A stretch of DNA of 64,000 nucleotides, from positions 25,720-89,719 of the IMG/VR virus record IMGVR_UViG_3300010885_053065; one strand, written 5' to 3'. The notes under the pieces are model-generated. The model was not told the origin of the DNA, searched no databases, and saw only the letters and a program-made list of their open reading frames with translations. This document shows positions 9,875 to 19,554 of the stretch, piece after piece. The stretch comes from a virus. How positions within the stretch are numbered: the first letter of the stretch is position 1; every line of letters starts with the position of its first letter. The translations under genes and the position numbers were made by a program.

Positions 9875-10303
9875 ATGGAAGCGCTAGAAATGTTAACCCA
9901 AGCTGTTCTATTTTTGATTAACTCTTGTGATGGATGCCGTTCTCAGGATGGTAAAGGTTTTGACCGAACAGACCTTTACAAGTCAAGAGGAATAAAAGCA
10001 GAGATAGAAGAAAATGGGTACATTACCGAAAACAGTTTAATCTGGGCTAAGAAGGTGGTAGTCAAATACCACAGACAGCTAACAAACTTCGATCTCAAGC
10101 TGATGCTACAAGCTGAGAAAAAGCCCAGAAAGATTCAAACTCTTGAGTACGATTCCAGAAGGAAACACCTCTGTGTAATCTACCCATGTGGTGATTACCG
10201 GATGTATAAGACACCTGAGCTACCAGAGTCTCTAATAGAAGAAGCCAGAGAAATCTGGCGAAGAGCAAAAAGAGAGGAAATTCCAATCTTAATCTTTGAC
10301 TAA
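9875..10303 (+). CDS. Hypothetical early protein
   Basis: AAGGAG RBS, own promoter, terminator at ~10308-10336; CDG..SQDGKGF motif. Confidence 0.65.
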   Translation: MEALEMLTQAVLFLINSCDGCRSQDGKGFDRTDLYKSRGIKAEIEENGYITENSLIWAKKVVVKYHRQLTNFDLKLMLQAEKKPRKIQTLEYDSRRKHLCVIYPCGDYRMYKTPELPESLIEEAREIWRRAKREEIPILIFD

Positions 10304-10381
10304 AAACAAAAGCACTCAGAAACGGGTGCTTTTTTCATGCCCACAATTATGTTATTATTCGATCAAAAAGGAGATAGAGCC

Positions 10382-10783
10382 ATGACGGTAGACAGAAAGC
10401 CATGTCCTCACTGTGGTAGTGAAAATGTTCGTAAGAACGGGGTTAACGACTCTGGTAACCCTAGATTATTTTGTAAGGATTGTAGAAAGAGTTTCTCTTT
10501 GATTGACGGAAAAACGATGATCACAGAGATTTTATGGAAACCCAAGAAAGATCTATACGACGAGGGCAAGAAACCATGTCCTCATTGTGGTAGTGGCAAT
10601 ATTAGTAAAAAAGGTAAGGATGAGTCAGGTAACCCTAGACTAGTTTGTAACGACTGTAAAAGGCAGTTCTCTTTAGAGGTAAACCCAAAGGGAGCTAAGA
10701 CTATACTTCCAGATAGACCTCTAACTGGTTACGAAAGAGTAAAGAGATGTTTAGAAAAGAAAAAAAGTTTGAAAAATCTTTAA
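10382..10783 (+). CDS. Tandem IS1/InsA-like zinc-ribbon protein without catalytic domain
   Basis: Two CPHCGS...K.G...SGNPRL.C.DC...F repeats; AAGGAG RBS favours ATG 10382. Confidence 0.75.
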   Translation: MTVDRKPCPHCGSENVRKNGVNDSGNPRLFCKDCRKSFSLIDGKTMITEILWKPKKDLYDEGKKPCPHCGSGNISKKGKDESGNPRLVCNDCKRQFSLEVNPKGAKTILPDRPLTGYERVKRCLEKKKSLKNL

Positions 10784-10876
10784 AAGTTCAGTGTTTATAC
10801 GGATACACAAATAAAAATATCGGGTTATTATAAGAGTATAGAAAAACAAAAAAGCCGAGAGGCTAAAGGAGACAAG
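10773..10876 (+). repeat. Class B promoter/RBS leader, copy 1
   Basis: ~100 bp nearly identical to 11240-11341 (TTTATACGGATACACAAATAAAAATATCGGGTTATTATAAGAG...AAAGGAGACAAG). Confidence 0.85.
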
Positions 10877-10879
10877 CAA

Positions 10880-11152
10880 ATGACTACTAAATTTTATGGC
10901 AATTCTACCGAAACTTATTGTGTAGTTGAAGGAAAAATCTACTTAATTCAATCAGTAGATCAACCAATCTTTACTCCAATTGACTACACTAACTGGGGTA
11001 TGCCTCACAATGTGGAAGAAGTAGTTGACTTAAAAAATGATTCAGATTTTGTTGAAATCGTTAAAATGTGCGAAGATCCATCTTATGAACGTGAAGATTT
11101 ATATCAATTCCATGTCGGAACAACCTTTCAGACTATTCCACTAACTAAATAA
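10880..11152 (+). CDS. Small acidic hypothetical protein (cassette 1)
   Basis: Own leader, RBS and terminator. Confidence 0.7.
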   Translation: MTTKFYGNSTETYCVVEGKIYLIQSVDQPIFTPIDYTNWGMPHNVEEVVDLKNDSDFVEIVKMCEDPSYEREDLYQFHVGTTFQTIPLTK

Positions 11153-11167
11153 TTTTCCTTCATTCGT

Positions 11168-11238
11168 TCCCCTAGAGCTTTAACTCTAGGGGATTTTGTT
11201 ATATGTATTATCCTGTAAAGTTCAGAAAGAAAAAACTA
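11168..11238 (+). repeat. Terminator plus duplicated 5' end of the 11744 HTH gene
   Basis: TCCCCTAGAG...CTCTAGGGG-TTTTGTTATATGTATTATCCTGTA(A/G)AGTTCAGAAAGAAAA recurs at 11712-11779. Confidence 0.85.
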
Positions 11239-11239
11239 C

Positions 11240-11341
11240 AAAATCTATAAAAGTTCAGTATTTATACGGATACACAAATAAAAATATCGGGTTATTATAA
11301 GAGTATAGAAAAACAAAAGCCGAGAGGCTAAAGGAGACAAG
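11240..11341 (+). repeat. Class B promoter/RBS leader, copy 2
   Basis: Direct repeat of 10773-10876. Confidence 0.85.
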
Positions 11342-11695
11342 TTGACTAACGCAACTACAGCTATTCAATATTTCACAGTTGAATTTTACGGAACAGAACT
11401 AACAGCCGCTATTGATTACGAAGAAAAAGTGATCGGTTTAACAGACCCCGATCAAGTAGCAAATACAATTGATGGTATACTCGAAGAAAAAGGAATAAAA
11501 GAAACAATTGAGATAATCGACGACGAAACACAACAATCTTTTATTATTGAAAACCAAGAGTATGAGCACGCTCTAGACATTCTAAGACAAGAGTTATTTG
11601 AAAGCTTCGAGGCTTACGTCCTCAACCGATTTGGTTTTACTTTAGAACCAGATAATTGCATTCTTGAATCAGGAATACCTGACTACCATTTCTAA
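11342..11695 (+). CDS. Highly acidic small protein (cassette 2)
   Basis: About 26 D/E versus 5 K/R in 117 aa by manual count; AAGGAG RBS. Confidence 0.7.
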   Translation: MTNATTAIQYFTVEFYGTELTAAIDYEEKVIGLTDPDQVANTIDGILEEKGIKETIEIIDDETQQSFIIENQEYEHALDILRQELFESFEAYVLNRFGFTLEPDNCILESGIPDYHF

Positions 11696-11743
11696 AAATA
11701 GTTAATTAACCTCCCCTAGAGTTGACTCTAGGGGTTTTGTTAT

Positions 11744-12325
11744 ATGTATTATCCTGTAGAGTTCAGAAAGAAAATACTAGAATACTGGTTAGCCACTAAC
11801 AAAAGCTGTAGACAGATTGGTAGAGAGTTTGGTGTGTCTGGCTCCTTTGTTGCTGATCTTGTTAATAGATATCAAGAGGCAGGCAATATTGATATAAAAC
11901 CTTTTAAACCAAATAAAAAGAGTGCCTTAACTGAGGAACAAATTGATATTTTAATAGGCTTGATGATTGATTATTATGACAAACCTATCCCTTGGATTAA
12001 AGAAAAGTTTTTACAAGACACGGGAGTAGATTTTGCTAATGCAAGCATTCAGTATTATAGAGACAAGCTAAAGGGAAAGTATGGAGCAATTGAATCTAAG
12101 AGGGTTCTACCCGAATCAGATCTCCCTACAAACCTTGACTCAACCAATCAGTTACAGCAGGGAAAGTGGAAATTAACATCAAAAGAGAAAGATATTTTAA
12201 AAGAAATAATAACTAGTAATCCAGATTCCAAGCTAAGAGAAATAGTTAGTTTTTTTAAACTGAAGACTGGTAAGGAGATTACTACAGGTGCGGTTTGCTA
12301 CTACAGGAAGAGGATTAACTCCTAA
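11744..12325 (+). CDS. Multi-HTH DNA-binding protein (IS630-like N-terminus, no DDE domain)
   Basis: Y..EFRKKIL...SCRQIGREFGVS HTH plus two similar LT....DIL...TG......YYR units. Confidence 0.7.
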   Translation: MYYPVEFRKKILEYWLATNKSCRQIGREFGVSGSFVADLVNRYQEAGNIDIKPFKPNKKSALTEEQIDILIGLMIDYYDKPIPWIKEKFLQDTGVDFANASIQYYRDKLKGKYGAIESKRVLPESDLPTNLDSTNQLQQGKWKLTSKEKDILKEIITSNPDSKLREIVSFFKLKTGKEITTGAVCYYRKRINS

Positions 12326-12368
12326 CTTACAGTTAGTTAAAATATTAAAGTACACTAGCTTAATATTT

Positions 12369-13190
12369 ATGGTTTTCCTGCCTTGGTGCAGAGCAGCACT
12401 TATCACAAGAACTGATGGGGTTACGGTATCTGTAACTGACTTTGACGATCAGTTTACTTACAACGGAAATGATTACAGTCCAATAAATAGTATAGCTGCA
12501 ACTGCTGTAAATCAATCTCAAGAGCTTACACCTAGCAATATAGAGGTTGTGACAATAATCTCTGATATTTTCACAGAACAAGATTTATTACTAGATAGAT
12601 ACTACAACGCTACGATTGAGATATTTATCTACGACTGGATGGCTGGAACAAAGGTTAAAACGCTTTTCCTAGGCTATTTAGGAGAGGTAGGAATTGACTA
12701 TGACCGCAATGGTGCACACAAGTTTACTATTAAAGCTCAGTCCTTAGCAATGCGACTAGAACAGAAAAACACACTAGTCACAACACGTAATTGTAGACAC
12801 GTCTTTGCTGAGAACAAACCAGGTTCTTGTAGGTTAAATATTAGCTCTAGTCAAGCTAGTTATACTGTTGCCAGTGTTCCAGATAGTGCTAGTATACAAG
12901 TTAATTCAATTGGACAAATTGATAGTTACTATAGGCTTGGTAAATTAACTTTTACTTCGGGAGTCTTGAACGGAATTTCAAACAGTATTAGCTCTCACGA
13001 TAATCAAACCTTTACCCTATCTTTACCTTATCTATATCTCCCTTCTGTAGGAGACACTTTTGTAGTCAATATAGGTTGCAACAAAACCCTAGCTAGGTGT
13101 GTAGAATTAGGTAACGTATTAAATTATGGTGGATTCCCTTATCTACCTGGTTGGAATTTAGTTATTCAAGGAAGTACTACACAGCTATGA
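12369..13190 (+). CDS. DUF2163/BR0599 GTA-like tail hub protein
   Basis: ITRTDG...TDFD, CRHVF...C, LTFTSG.LNG, P.VGDTF....GCNKT...C...GN..NYGGFPYLP; ATG 12369 preferred over the track start. Confidence 0.9.
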   Translation: MVFLPWCRAALITRTDGVTVSVTDFDDQFTYNGNDYSPINSIAATAVNQSQELTPSNIEVVTIISDIFTEQDLLLDRYYNATIEIFIYDWMAGTKVKTLFLGYLGEVGIDYDRNGAHKFTIKAQSLAMRLEQKNTLVTTRNCRHVFAENKPGSCRLNISSSQASYTVASVPDSASIQVNSIGQIDSYYRLGKLTFTSGVLNGISNSISSHDNQTFTLSLPYLYLPSVGDTFVVNIGCNKTLARCVELGNVLNYGGFPYLPGWNLVIQGSTTQL

Positions 13191-13794
13191 CACAAGAAAT
13201 AATGCAAAGAGTCTTTAACAGGAAGAAATACACTTGTTGGGAAGAGTTTTATTCTGACGATTCTCTAGAACTACTCAAGCACTACATATCTGTCAAGAAG
13301 CACAATCCCGAAGACTTAGTATTGATGTTCAATGAGCAGATTGAGAAAATAAGCAAGATATTGTCAGCCCATTTTAATAATTATCTGAATCCAGACGCTA
13401 CCAAAGAGTTAAAGAGGATGATTAGTAACGACTCTAAACATCTTATTAAGCAACGAAAAGTTTACAGAGAGATGGTTACGTATCTTGAAGAGAAGGTGAT
13501 ACCTCAGGTAAAAAAGTCCCTAGTTCTAGAGAGTATGTCAGCCTAACTCCTAGACAAGTTTGTTACTCAGAAATTGTTGTTAAATTAGCTAAAGATTATT
13601 ATGCAATTACTGACAATACTGATGTTATTTTTGATGTTTTAATTAAACAGATTGCCAAGATTGAAAACATAATAATTCAACTGTGGGATGCTCGTGAAAA
13701 CGAGGCTGTGGCTAATCAGATAACCTATATGGAGCAATCTAAAGCTGTTTATTATTCTGTTATGAATTACGTTTTAGAGCACTACGTTAAGTGA
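13187..13794 (+). CDS. Hypothetical protein (stop 13546) with a candidate -1 frameshift extension to 13794
   Basis: ATGA overlap with the upstream gene; in-phase A AAA AAG at 13510-13516; the -1 frame is open for 94 codons. Confidence 0.6.
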
Positions 13795-13910
13795 CAAATT
13801 GAAGTTATTTGTTATGTAGTATAATGGAAGAAATACCCTCTCGCGGGCAAGTGTTGTAGCACTTAAACCCCAGAGGGAGTAACTAACCTTAATCCAAGTA
13901 AGGAGTCACA

Positions 13911-14621
13911 ATGACAAATTTAACACGATTCGACAAAGACGGAATCGAGATATTAATTGACACTCAGACAGGCGAAAGTTTTGCTAGTATTTCTGGTTAT
14001 GCACGGATGGCTAACATCTCAAAACAAGCTATATCTAAAAGATGTACCGTCAACCAATCAGTCCTTAAAACGGCTGAAATAGATACTACAAGCGGAATTA
14101 GAACCGTCAACCTAATTACAGAAGATACTATATGTGAATGGATAATTAAAGACAATCCATTTATGGCAAGTCAACTGCTTAAACTTGGAGTAAGAATGTT
14201 TCTTCATCAATTAGCAGGAATTGAAAAAGAATCTATTACACACACACCTCAATTAACAACAAAAGCAACAGCTATAGAATGGGGTAAGCATTGCCTATCA
14301 TTGGGGATACACAACGATGGTTATATTCACGAATTGCTTAAGCAGTTAACCATACAAGAATTATCTTTAGTTCAAAATACAAAGCAATTAACTTCTACTG
14401 TAGAACCAATTAAAGATGTTACTATTTGTACTGTGAGAGCTAATGAGCTTGGTTATACACCTCAACAGTATGGTAATGGAGCTGCTTTAGGAGCATTTGT
14501 TAAAAAAAGAATAACACCAGTTTTCAAAAAGCGTATAGGTCAATTTGCAACATGGCACTATGAAGTTAATAACGAACTAGATCATGCAATTCATCAATAC
14601 TTTAAACAGAAATCATGCTAA
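13911..14621 (+). CDS. Phage antirepressor-like DNA-binding protein
   Basis: RFDKDGIEILIDT.TGESFASISGYARM N-terminus; C-terminus resembles the Bro C-terminal regions in this window; AAGGAG RBS. Confidence 0.55.
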   Translation: MTNLTRFDKDGIEILIDTQTGESFASISGYARMANISKQAISKRCTVNQSVLKTAEIDTTSGIRTVNLITEDTICEWIIKDNPFMASQLLKLGVRMFLHQLAGIEKESITHTPQLTTKATAIEWGKHCLSLGIHNDGYIHELLKQLTIQELSLVQNTKQLTSTVEPIKDVTICTVRANELGYTPQQYGNGAALGAFVKKRITPVFKKRIGQFATWHYEVNNELDHAIHQYFKQKSC

Positions 14622-15040
14622 CTAAAAGAGAAGAAGTAGTAATTGAGGCTAGAAAGTGGCTTGGTACTCAGTGGAACCATGCTCAAAGCACTCAAGGTGT
14701 TCAGGTAGATTGCGTTAACTTTGTTTATGGAGTCGCTAAAGCTTGTGATATTGATTGTGGTAATTTACCTGAAGAATACCCAAGGTTAAGTGACGGCAAA
14801 GAGTTAATAAAGTATTTAGATACCTACTTTAAAGAGACTACTCTTGAAAACGCTAAAATAGGAGATATTCTAGTGTTTAAGTTCTTTGGTGTTCCTCACC
14901 ACCTAGGGATTCTAACTAACCTCTTAGGGTATCCAAGTGTCATACATTCCTCAGCAGAATTTATGAAAGTTGTAGAGCATATTTTAGATAGTAAGTATGT
15001 TAGAGTCTTATCAGGAGTATATAGTTTAGGTTATGAATAA
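14615..15040 (+). CDS. NlpC/P60 tail-associated peptidase
   Basis: EARKWLGT.W.H....G..VDC, GDILVF....PHHLGI, IHS. Confidence 0.9.
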   Translation: MLTKREEVVIEARKWLGTQWNHAQSTQGVQVDCVNFVYGVAKACDIDCGNLPEEYPRLSDGKELIKYLDTYFKETTLENAKIGDILVFKFFGVPHHLGILTNLLGYPSVIHSSAEFMKVVEHILDSKYVRVLSGVYSLGYE

Positions 15041-15386
15041 AATGTCTGATCAAGTTATACATATAAAAGTTCAAAGAGCTAATAAAGAAGACAAGATTTT
15101 GGTTGTATCAACAAAAGCAGATAATGATTTAGAGATAGAAAAAATTCCTTTTTCAGGTCGTCTTATTTCCGATGATCCTGATTATTGGTTAGATCATTTT
15201 TATTTTATTAAAGGACAAAACGTAGGCAATAATCTTGCACAAATAATTGAAAATAACAGAAATTGGATCAAGGAAATACAACAGTTAGAAGATTTAGATA
15301 ATAACTTGCATGGTGAGTCTTCTGAGTCATCATTTTGGTCGGAAATGGAAAATGGGGAAGAGAAGATTAAAAGGGTTAGTTTATGA
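15033..15386 (+). CDS. Hypothetical protein
   Basis: Overlaps both neighbours; shares a 15-bp start with the next gene. Confidence 0.55.
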   Translation: MNKMSDQVIHIKVQRANKEDKILVVSTKADNDLEIEKIPFSGRLISDDPDYWLDHFYFIKGQNVGNNLAQIIENNRNWIKEIQQLEDLDNNLHGESSESSFWSEMENGEEKIKRVSL

Positions 15387-15715
15387 ATAAAATGTTTTTA
15401 AGTAAGTTATTTAGTGTCAAAAAACTAGCAAATCTTGTTAAAAAAAGGCTGAAAAAAAGTAGAGAGATTATAGAAGAATCTAACGGAAGTGAAGGATATT
15501 GTGACACAGTGGTTATGTCAGATCCTGTACTCACTTCAATAACTGGATTATCAGAAGATAACAGATGTATTGGTTGTAGTTACTACTCAACTAACGGACT
15601 CTTACGCTGTGCGGTCAACCCTACACTAGCTGAAAATATTGGTGCGTACTCAATTAATAATTGTGTTGATTTCAAAAGAAGAGAATTTAAACCCTTTTTC
15701 ACTACGGTTAAATAA
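15383..15715 (+). CDS. Small Cys-rich protein
   Basis: C..C.YY....LRCAVNP....C.DF motif. Confidence 0.6.
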   Translation: MNKMFLSKLFSVKKLANLVKKRLKKSREIIEESNGSEGYCDTVVMSDPVLTSITGLSEDNRCIGCSYYSTNGLLRCAVNPTLAENIGAYSINNCVDFKRREFKPFFTTVK

Positions 15716-18444
15716 TGGCTGAGTCTTTAGTAATCTCGCTTGCTATAAGTACTGCTGTTGGCTTTATTGGTTCGTTACTTACTCCAAAGAAAAAGCCAAC
15801 ACTACCAGATATACCAGGTAGTCAATACGGAAAGACTTTAATTAGGGGTTTTGGTACCTTTGCTGTTGAGGGAAATATGATCTTTCCTGAAACTGCTAAC
15901 CAAGCTTTTAGGATTAGTAGAAGCCGTTCTAAAGGAGGTAAAGGGATACCTCAAAGTCAGTCAGAGAGAGTGTACGGTAAGTTCATGGCTGTGTTCTGTC
16001 AAGGTCAAACTACCTTTGATACTCTCTGGATAAATGGAGTTACTCATGGTGGTAACGGTAGTTACGACGGGTACATGACTCAGCAAGGGTTTGATTTTTT
16101 TGATGGCAGACCTTTGACTATTAACGGAGGTGCTCAACTGCCATGGTCAGATGCTCAAGCCATTAACGGAGCTAATAATACACCTGCTTATACTGGTTTA
16201 ACTTGTGCGGCTTTCTCTAATCTTGATTTAACCAAGTTAGGGAACACTTTCCCTACTCAGTTCAAGATGAAATTGGTAGATGTTGAACTTGGTGCAGAAC
16301 CATCTTTAGGTGCTGTTGTCAAGGCTATTTGTAAGTTATCAGGATTATCAGATAGTCAGGTTGACACTAGTGATCTTGCTGGATTTCAGATAGTTGGGTT
16401 CGTTATGGATCAATCTGGAGGTTCTTATAAGGATTCAATTAGTCAATTAGCGTCAGCATGGTTGTTTTATCACACTGAGTTACAGGATGGTACATTAGCC
16501 TTTAGATTCTTTGATAGGAGTTTTACGGGAGATAGCCCATTAATTATTCCTGCTGACGAATTAGGAGCTTATGACGGGGTTGAGAGCAATTTTCCTTTTA
16601 ATATTCGTAGAGATTTTATAGATCCACTAGAACTTCCCTCTAAGATATGGTTGACCTTTACTAACCCCAATATTGGTTTCTATAGAGATACGGTAGTAGG
16701 TGAAGCTCAGTGGGCTAAGCATAAAAATGAACTAAATATAGACTGTTCTAATTGCATCATGACAGCAGGACAGGCTATAACCCAAGTCAGCAGAATGATG
16801 CAACAGTTCTGGGTGCAAAGAAACAAGTTTAAGTTTACACTGCCTCCTGTCAGTCCTAGTAGTGGGTTTAAGTATATTAATCTATCAGTTGGTAACTTAC
16901 TAGAATTACCTACAGGTGAGGTGGTTCAGATTGAGAAGATTGATATAGGTCTCAATTATATAGTTGAGATAGTTGCACACGGATATGGTAAATCATCTTC
17001 TATTACTGCTGGATCAGGTTCTAGTTCAAGTGTCAGCCCTCCTAGAAGCAATTCAGAGTATACAGACAATATTCCTGTTGGATCAACTTCAAATAAGCTA
17101 ACAATACTCGACATTAATACAATATCTGATAGCGACTCAGAAAGAGGTGTTTATGTTACTGCCTCTGGCTCTAATGTCAATGTTCTAGTTTCTATCGATA
17201 ATGGTACTTCTTACTCAAAAGCTACAACCTTAACTACTCCTGGAATTGTTGTCAATAACGTAACAGGAACGCTAATTAGTTGGAGTGATACAACAGCAAC
17301 TGACACGACTAGTACTTTAACAATCCCTCAATCAGTAGGAACTATCTCAAGTATCACTAGTGGTCAAGCAGCTACTCTCACAGAGAATGTCGCTTTTGTT
17401 GGTTCTACTACAACCGTTAACGGCACTTCAGTCTATAGAGGGGAGATAGTTGTTTTTACTACTGTTACCGTCTCTGGCTCAAATTATGTTTTGAGTAACT
17501 TTACTAGAGGGGTTAGAGGAACAGAGTCTTATATGTCTACTCACGGCACCAATACAGACACTTTTGTCTTATTGAATGGTGTTGGTGCTAACGTTTCTAG
17601 AATCTCGATAGACGATCAATATATTGGAACTAATCTATATTTTCAGACAACTAATAATGACTGGCAAACCTCCTATTCAGATCCTTCTGCTACTCAATTT
17701 AGTTATCAGGCTATTGGCTTAAAGCCTTACCAACAGAAGAATATAGCGTTTAACTACGATTCTGCACAAAACATTGTTATCAGTTGGACTAAAGTCCCTA
17801 GAGGGATGGCATTAACAACAGGAGAGTTAATTGATTCTTATTCTCTAGATATCCTAAACAATAGTAATGCTGTTGTAAGAACCTTAACTAGTGCTTCTCC
17901 TGTAGCTATCTACTCCAAGGCTCAGCAGATAACCGACTTTGGTTCAGTCCAAACTAGCTTAAAAGTTAATTTATATAAAGTTTCTAGTATTGTTGGCAGA
18001 GGTTATGTAAGAAGTTTATCAACTACTGTAGCGAGTGCAGGTAGCAGTACTTCTATAGTAGGTGACACAAGTACAGATAGTTTTAAGGCTACTAAAACCA
18101 TTACAGCAAACTATACTGTTTTGACTACTGATAATGGTTATTGGATAGTTGTCAATAACGCAAGTCTTACAGGGAGTGTATCAATTACAATAACAGTTAG
18201 TAATGCGCTCCCATTAGGTTTTAGATGCTATTTTGTTAATCCTTTACCAGTATCTGGCAACAATGTTATTCTTACTTTTGTGTCTTCTACAAGTGAGCCA
18301 TTTTATACAACAAATACCCTAAAACCTGATTCAGTTGGCTTATTGTATTTTCATGGTTCAAGTTGGACTTTGAACTCAGGAAAAGCAGAGTCTGTAGGTG
18401 GTTCAGGATTCACTGATATAGAACAATTGAGATTTTTATTATGA
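15715..18444 (+). CDS. Central tail tip/host-specificity protein (GTA megatron-like)
   Basis: SQYG..L.R.FG...V.GNMI, PAYTGL, ELPS.I.LTF, RGVRGTE; follows the DUF2163 and NlpC genes. Confidence 0.85.
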   Translation: MAESLVISLAISTAVGFIGSLLTPKKKPTLPDIPGSQYGKTLIRGFGTFAVEGNMIFPETANQAFRISRSRSKGGKGIPQSQSERVYGKFMAVFCQGQTTFDTLWINGVTHGGNGSYDGYMTQQGFDFFDGRPLTINGGAQLPWSDAQAINGANNTPAYTGLTCAAFSNLDLTKLGNTFPTQFKMKLVDVELGAEPSLGAVVKAICKLSGLSDSQVDTSDLAGFQIVGFVMDQSGGSYKDSISQLASAWLFYHTELQDGTLAFRFFDRSFTGDSPLIIPADELGAYDGVESNFPFNIRRDFIDPLELPSKIWLTFTNPNIGFYRDTVVGEAQWAKHKNELNIDCSNCIMTAGQAITQVSRMMQQFWVQRNKFKFTLPPVSPSSGFKYINLSVGNLLELPTGEVVQIEKIDIGLNYIVEIVAHGYGKSSSITAGSGSSSSVSPPRSNSEYTDNIPVGSTSNKLTILDINTISDSDSERGVYVTASGSNVNVLVSIDNGTSYSKATTLTTPGIVVNNVTGTLISWSDTTATDTTSTLTIPQSVGTISSITSGQAATLTENVAFVGSTTTVNGTSVYRGEIVVFTTVTVSGSNYVLSNFTRGVRGTESYMSTHGTNTDTFVLLNGVGANVSRISIDDQYIGTNLYFQTTNNDWQTSYSDPSATQFSYQAIGLKPYQQKNIAFNYDSAQNIVISWTKVPRGMALTTGELIDSYSLDILNNSNAVVRTLTSASPVAIYSKAQQITDFGSVQTSLKVNLYKVSSIVGRGYVRSLSTTVASAGSSTSIVGDTSTDSFKATKTITANYTVLTTDNGYWIVVNNASLTGSVSITITVSNALPLGFRCYFVNPLPVSGNNVILTFVSSTSEPFYTTNTLKPDSVGLLYFHGSSWTLNSGKAESVGGSGFTDIEQLRFLL

Positions 18445-18770
18445 CGATCACATATACTCCAAAGACTAAAGCAGCAGTAGCAACTAGTTCTCTTACTACT
18501 ATCTATACTGTACCAAGTGACACTACAACTAGAGTAGAGAAAATTACTATTACAAATGGTGCAACAGCAGGTACAGTCACGCTTAAATTTTACGATGCAA
18601 GTGCTACCACATCTTATTTTTTAGCTTGTAACGCTTATCCAATAGCTGCTAACGCACTAAGGGAAATAGCGGGTGAGATACTAGAAACGGGCGATTATCT
18701 TCAAATTAGTGCAGCTACTACAACCGATCTGACTGTTAAACTGAACTACGTAGAGGCGGTTGTAAGCTAA
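18441..18770 (+). CDS. Small virion/tail-fibre-associated protein
   Basis: TTIYTVP...ILETGDYLQI; Thr/Ala-rich, coupled to tail genes. Confidence 0.65.
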   Translation: MTITYTPKTKAAVATSSLTTIYTVPSDTTTRVEKITITNGATAGTVTLKFYDASATTSYFLACNAYPIAANALREIAGEILETGDYLQISAATTTDLTVKLNYVEAVVS

Positions 18771-19546
18771 TGTTTTTAAGATCTCCTAGACCTGATTTAC
18801 TAGAGACTAGAGATAACTTTGGGATTGTGGCAAGTAGTTTAGGTGACAATAATTTAAAAAGCAATTTGCTAAGTTATTGGGATCTAACACCTGCCTCTAG
18901 TTATAATGATCTAACAAATAATGGTAGTAACTTAACGTTAATTAATTCTCCTAGTGGAGATAATACAAATGGTGTATTATTAAATGGTACTAATCAATAT
19001 TTATCGGTTGCTAGTAATTCGTATCTTCAATTTACTAGTAGCGATTTTACTATAGCTGGTTGGATCAATCCAACTTCTTTAGCTGCCAACGGAAGTTACA
19101 ATTTTATTGTTTGCCAAGACAATATTGGGGTTGGTAGAAATTGGGGGGTTATTTATGATCCGACTACTGCAGATACTAAATTAAATTTTCAAATTTTTAA
19201 CTCATCTGGATCAGCTTTCTCTGTTAAATCAAACTTTCAACCAACAATAAATAATTGGTATTTTTTAGTTGCAACACACTCTACCTCTGCAAAAAAAATT
19301 ACATTTATTGTTTTTGAAGGGTCTACCACTACACCTGTTTACGCAGGTGTAGTGACTTACACAGGAACTTTGGCAACAAATTCTTTACTAACTACTTTTG
19401 GTTGCGTTTTAATTTCTGGTAGTCCAAATTTTTATTTTAATGGTAGGTTAAAGCAATGGGGTATTTGGTCTAGAACATTAACAGGATCAGATATTCTGCA
19501 ACTGCATAATAGCGGTAATGGGTTATTTTTTTCTTCGCTAGATTAG
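18770..19546 (+). CDS. LamG/concanavalin A-like lectin domain protein
   Basis: LNGTNQYL, FTIAGWINP, WYFLVAT, FNGRL..WGIWSRTLT. Confidence 0.85.
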   Translation: MFLRSPRPDLLETRDNFGIVASSLGDNNLKSNLLSYWDLTPASSYNDLTNNGSNLTLINSPSGDNTNGVLLNGTNQYLSVASNSYLQFTSSDFTIAGWINPTSLAANGSYNFIVCQDNIGVGRNWGVIYDPTTADTKLNFQIFNSSGSAFSVKSNFQPTINNWYFLVATHSTSAKKITFIVFEGSTTTPVYAGVVTYTGTLATNSLLTTFGCVLISGSPNFYFNGRLKQWGIWSRTLTGSDILQLHNSGNGLFFSSLD

Positions 19547-19554
19547 AGTTAATA

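Noticed and set aside
10337-12325. Intact IS1 or IS630 elements
   Set aside because: No DDE domains or terminal inverted repeats seen
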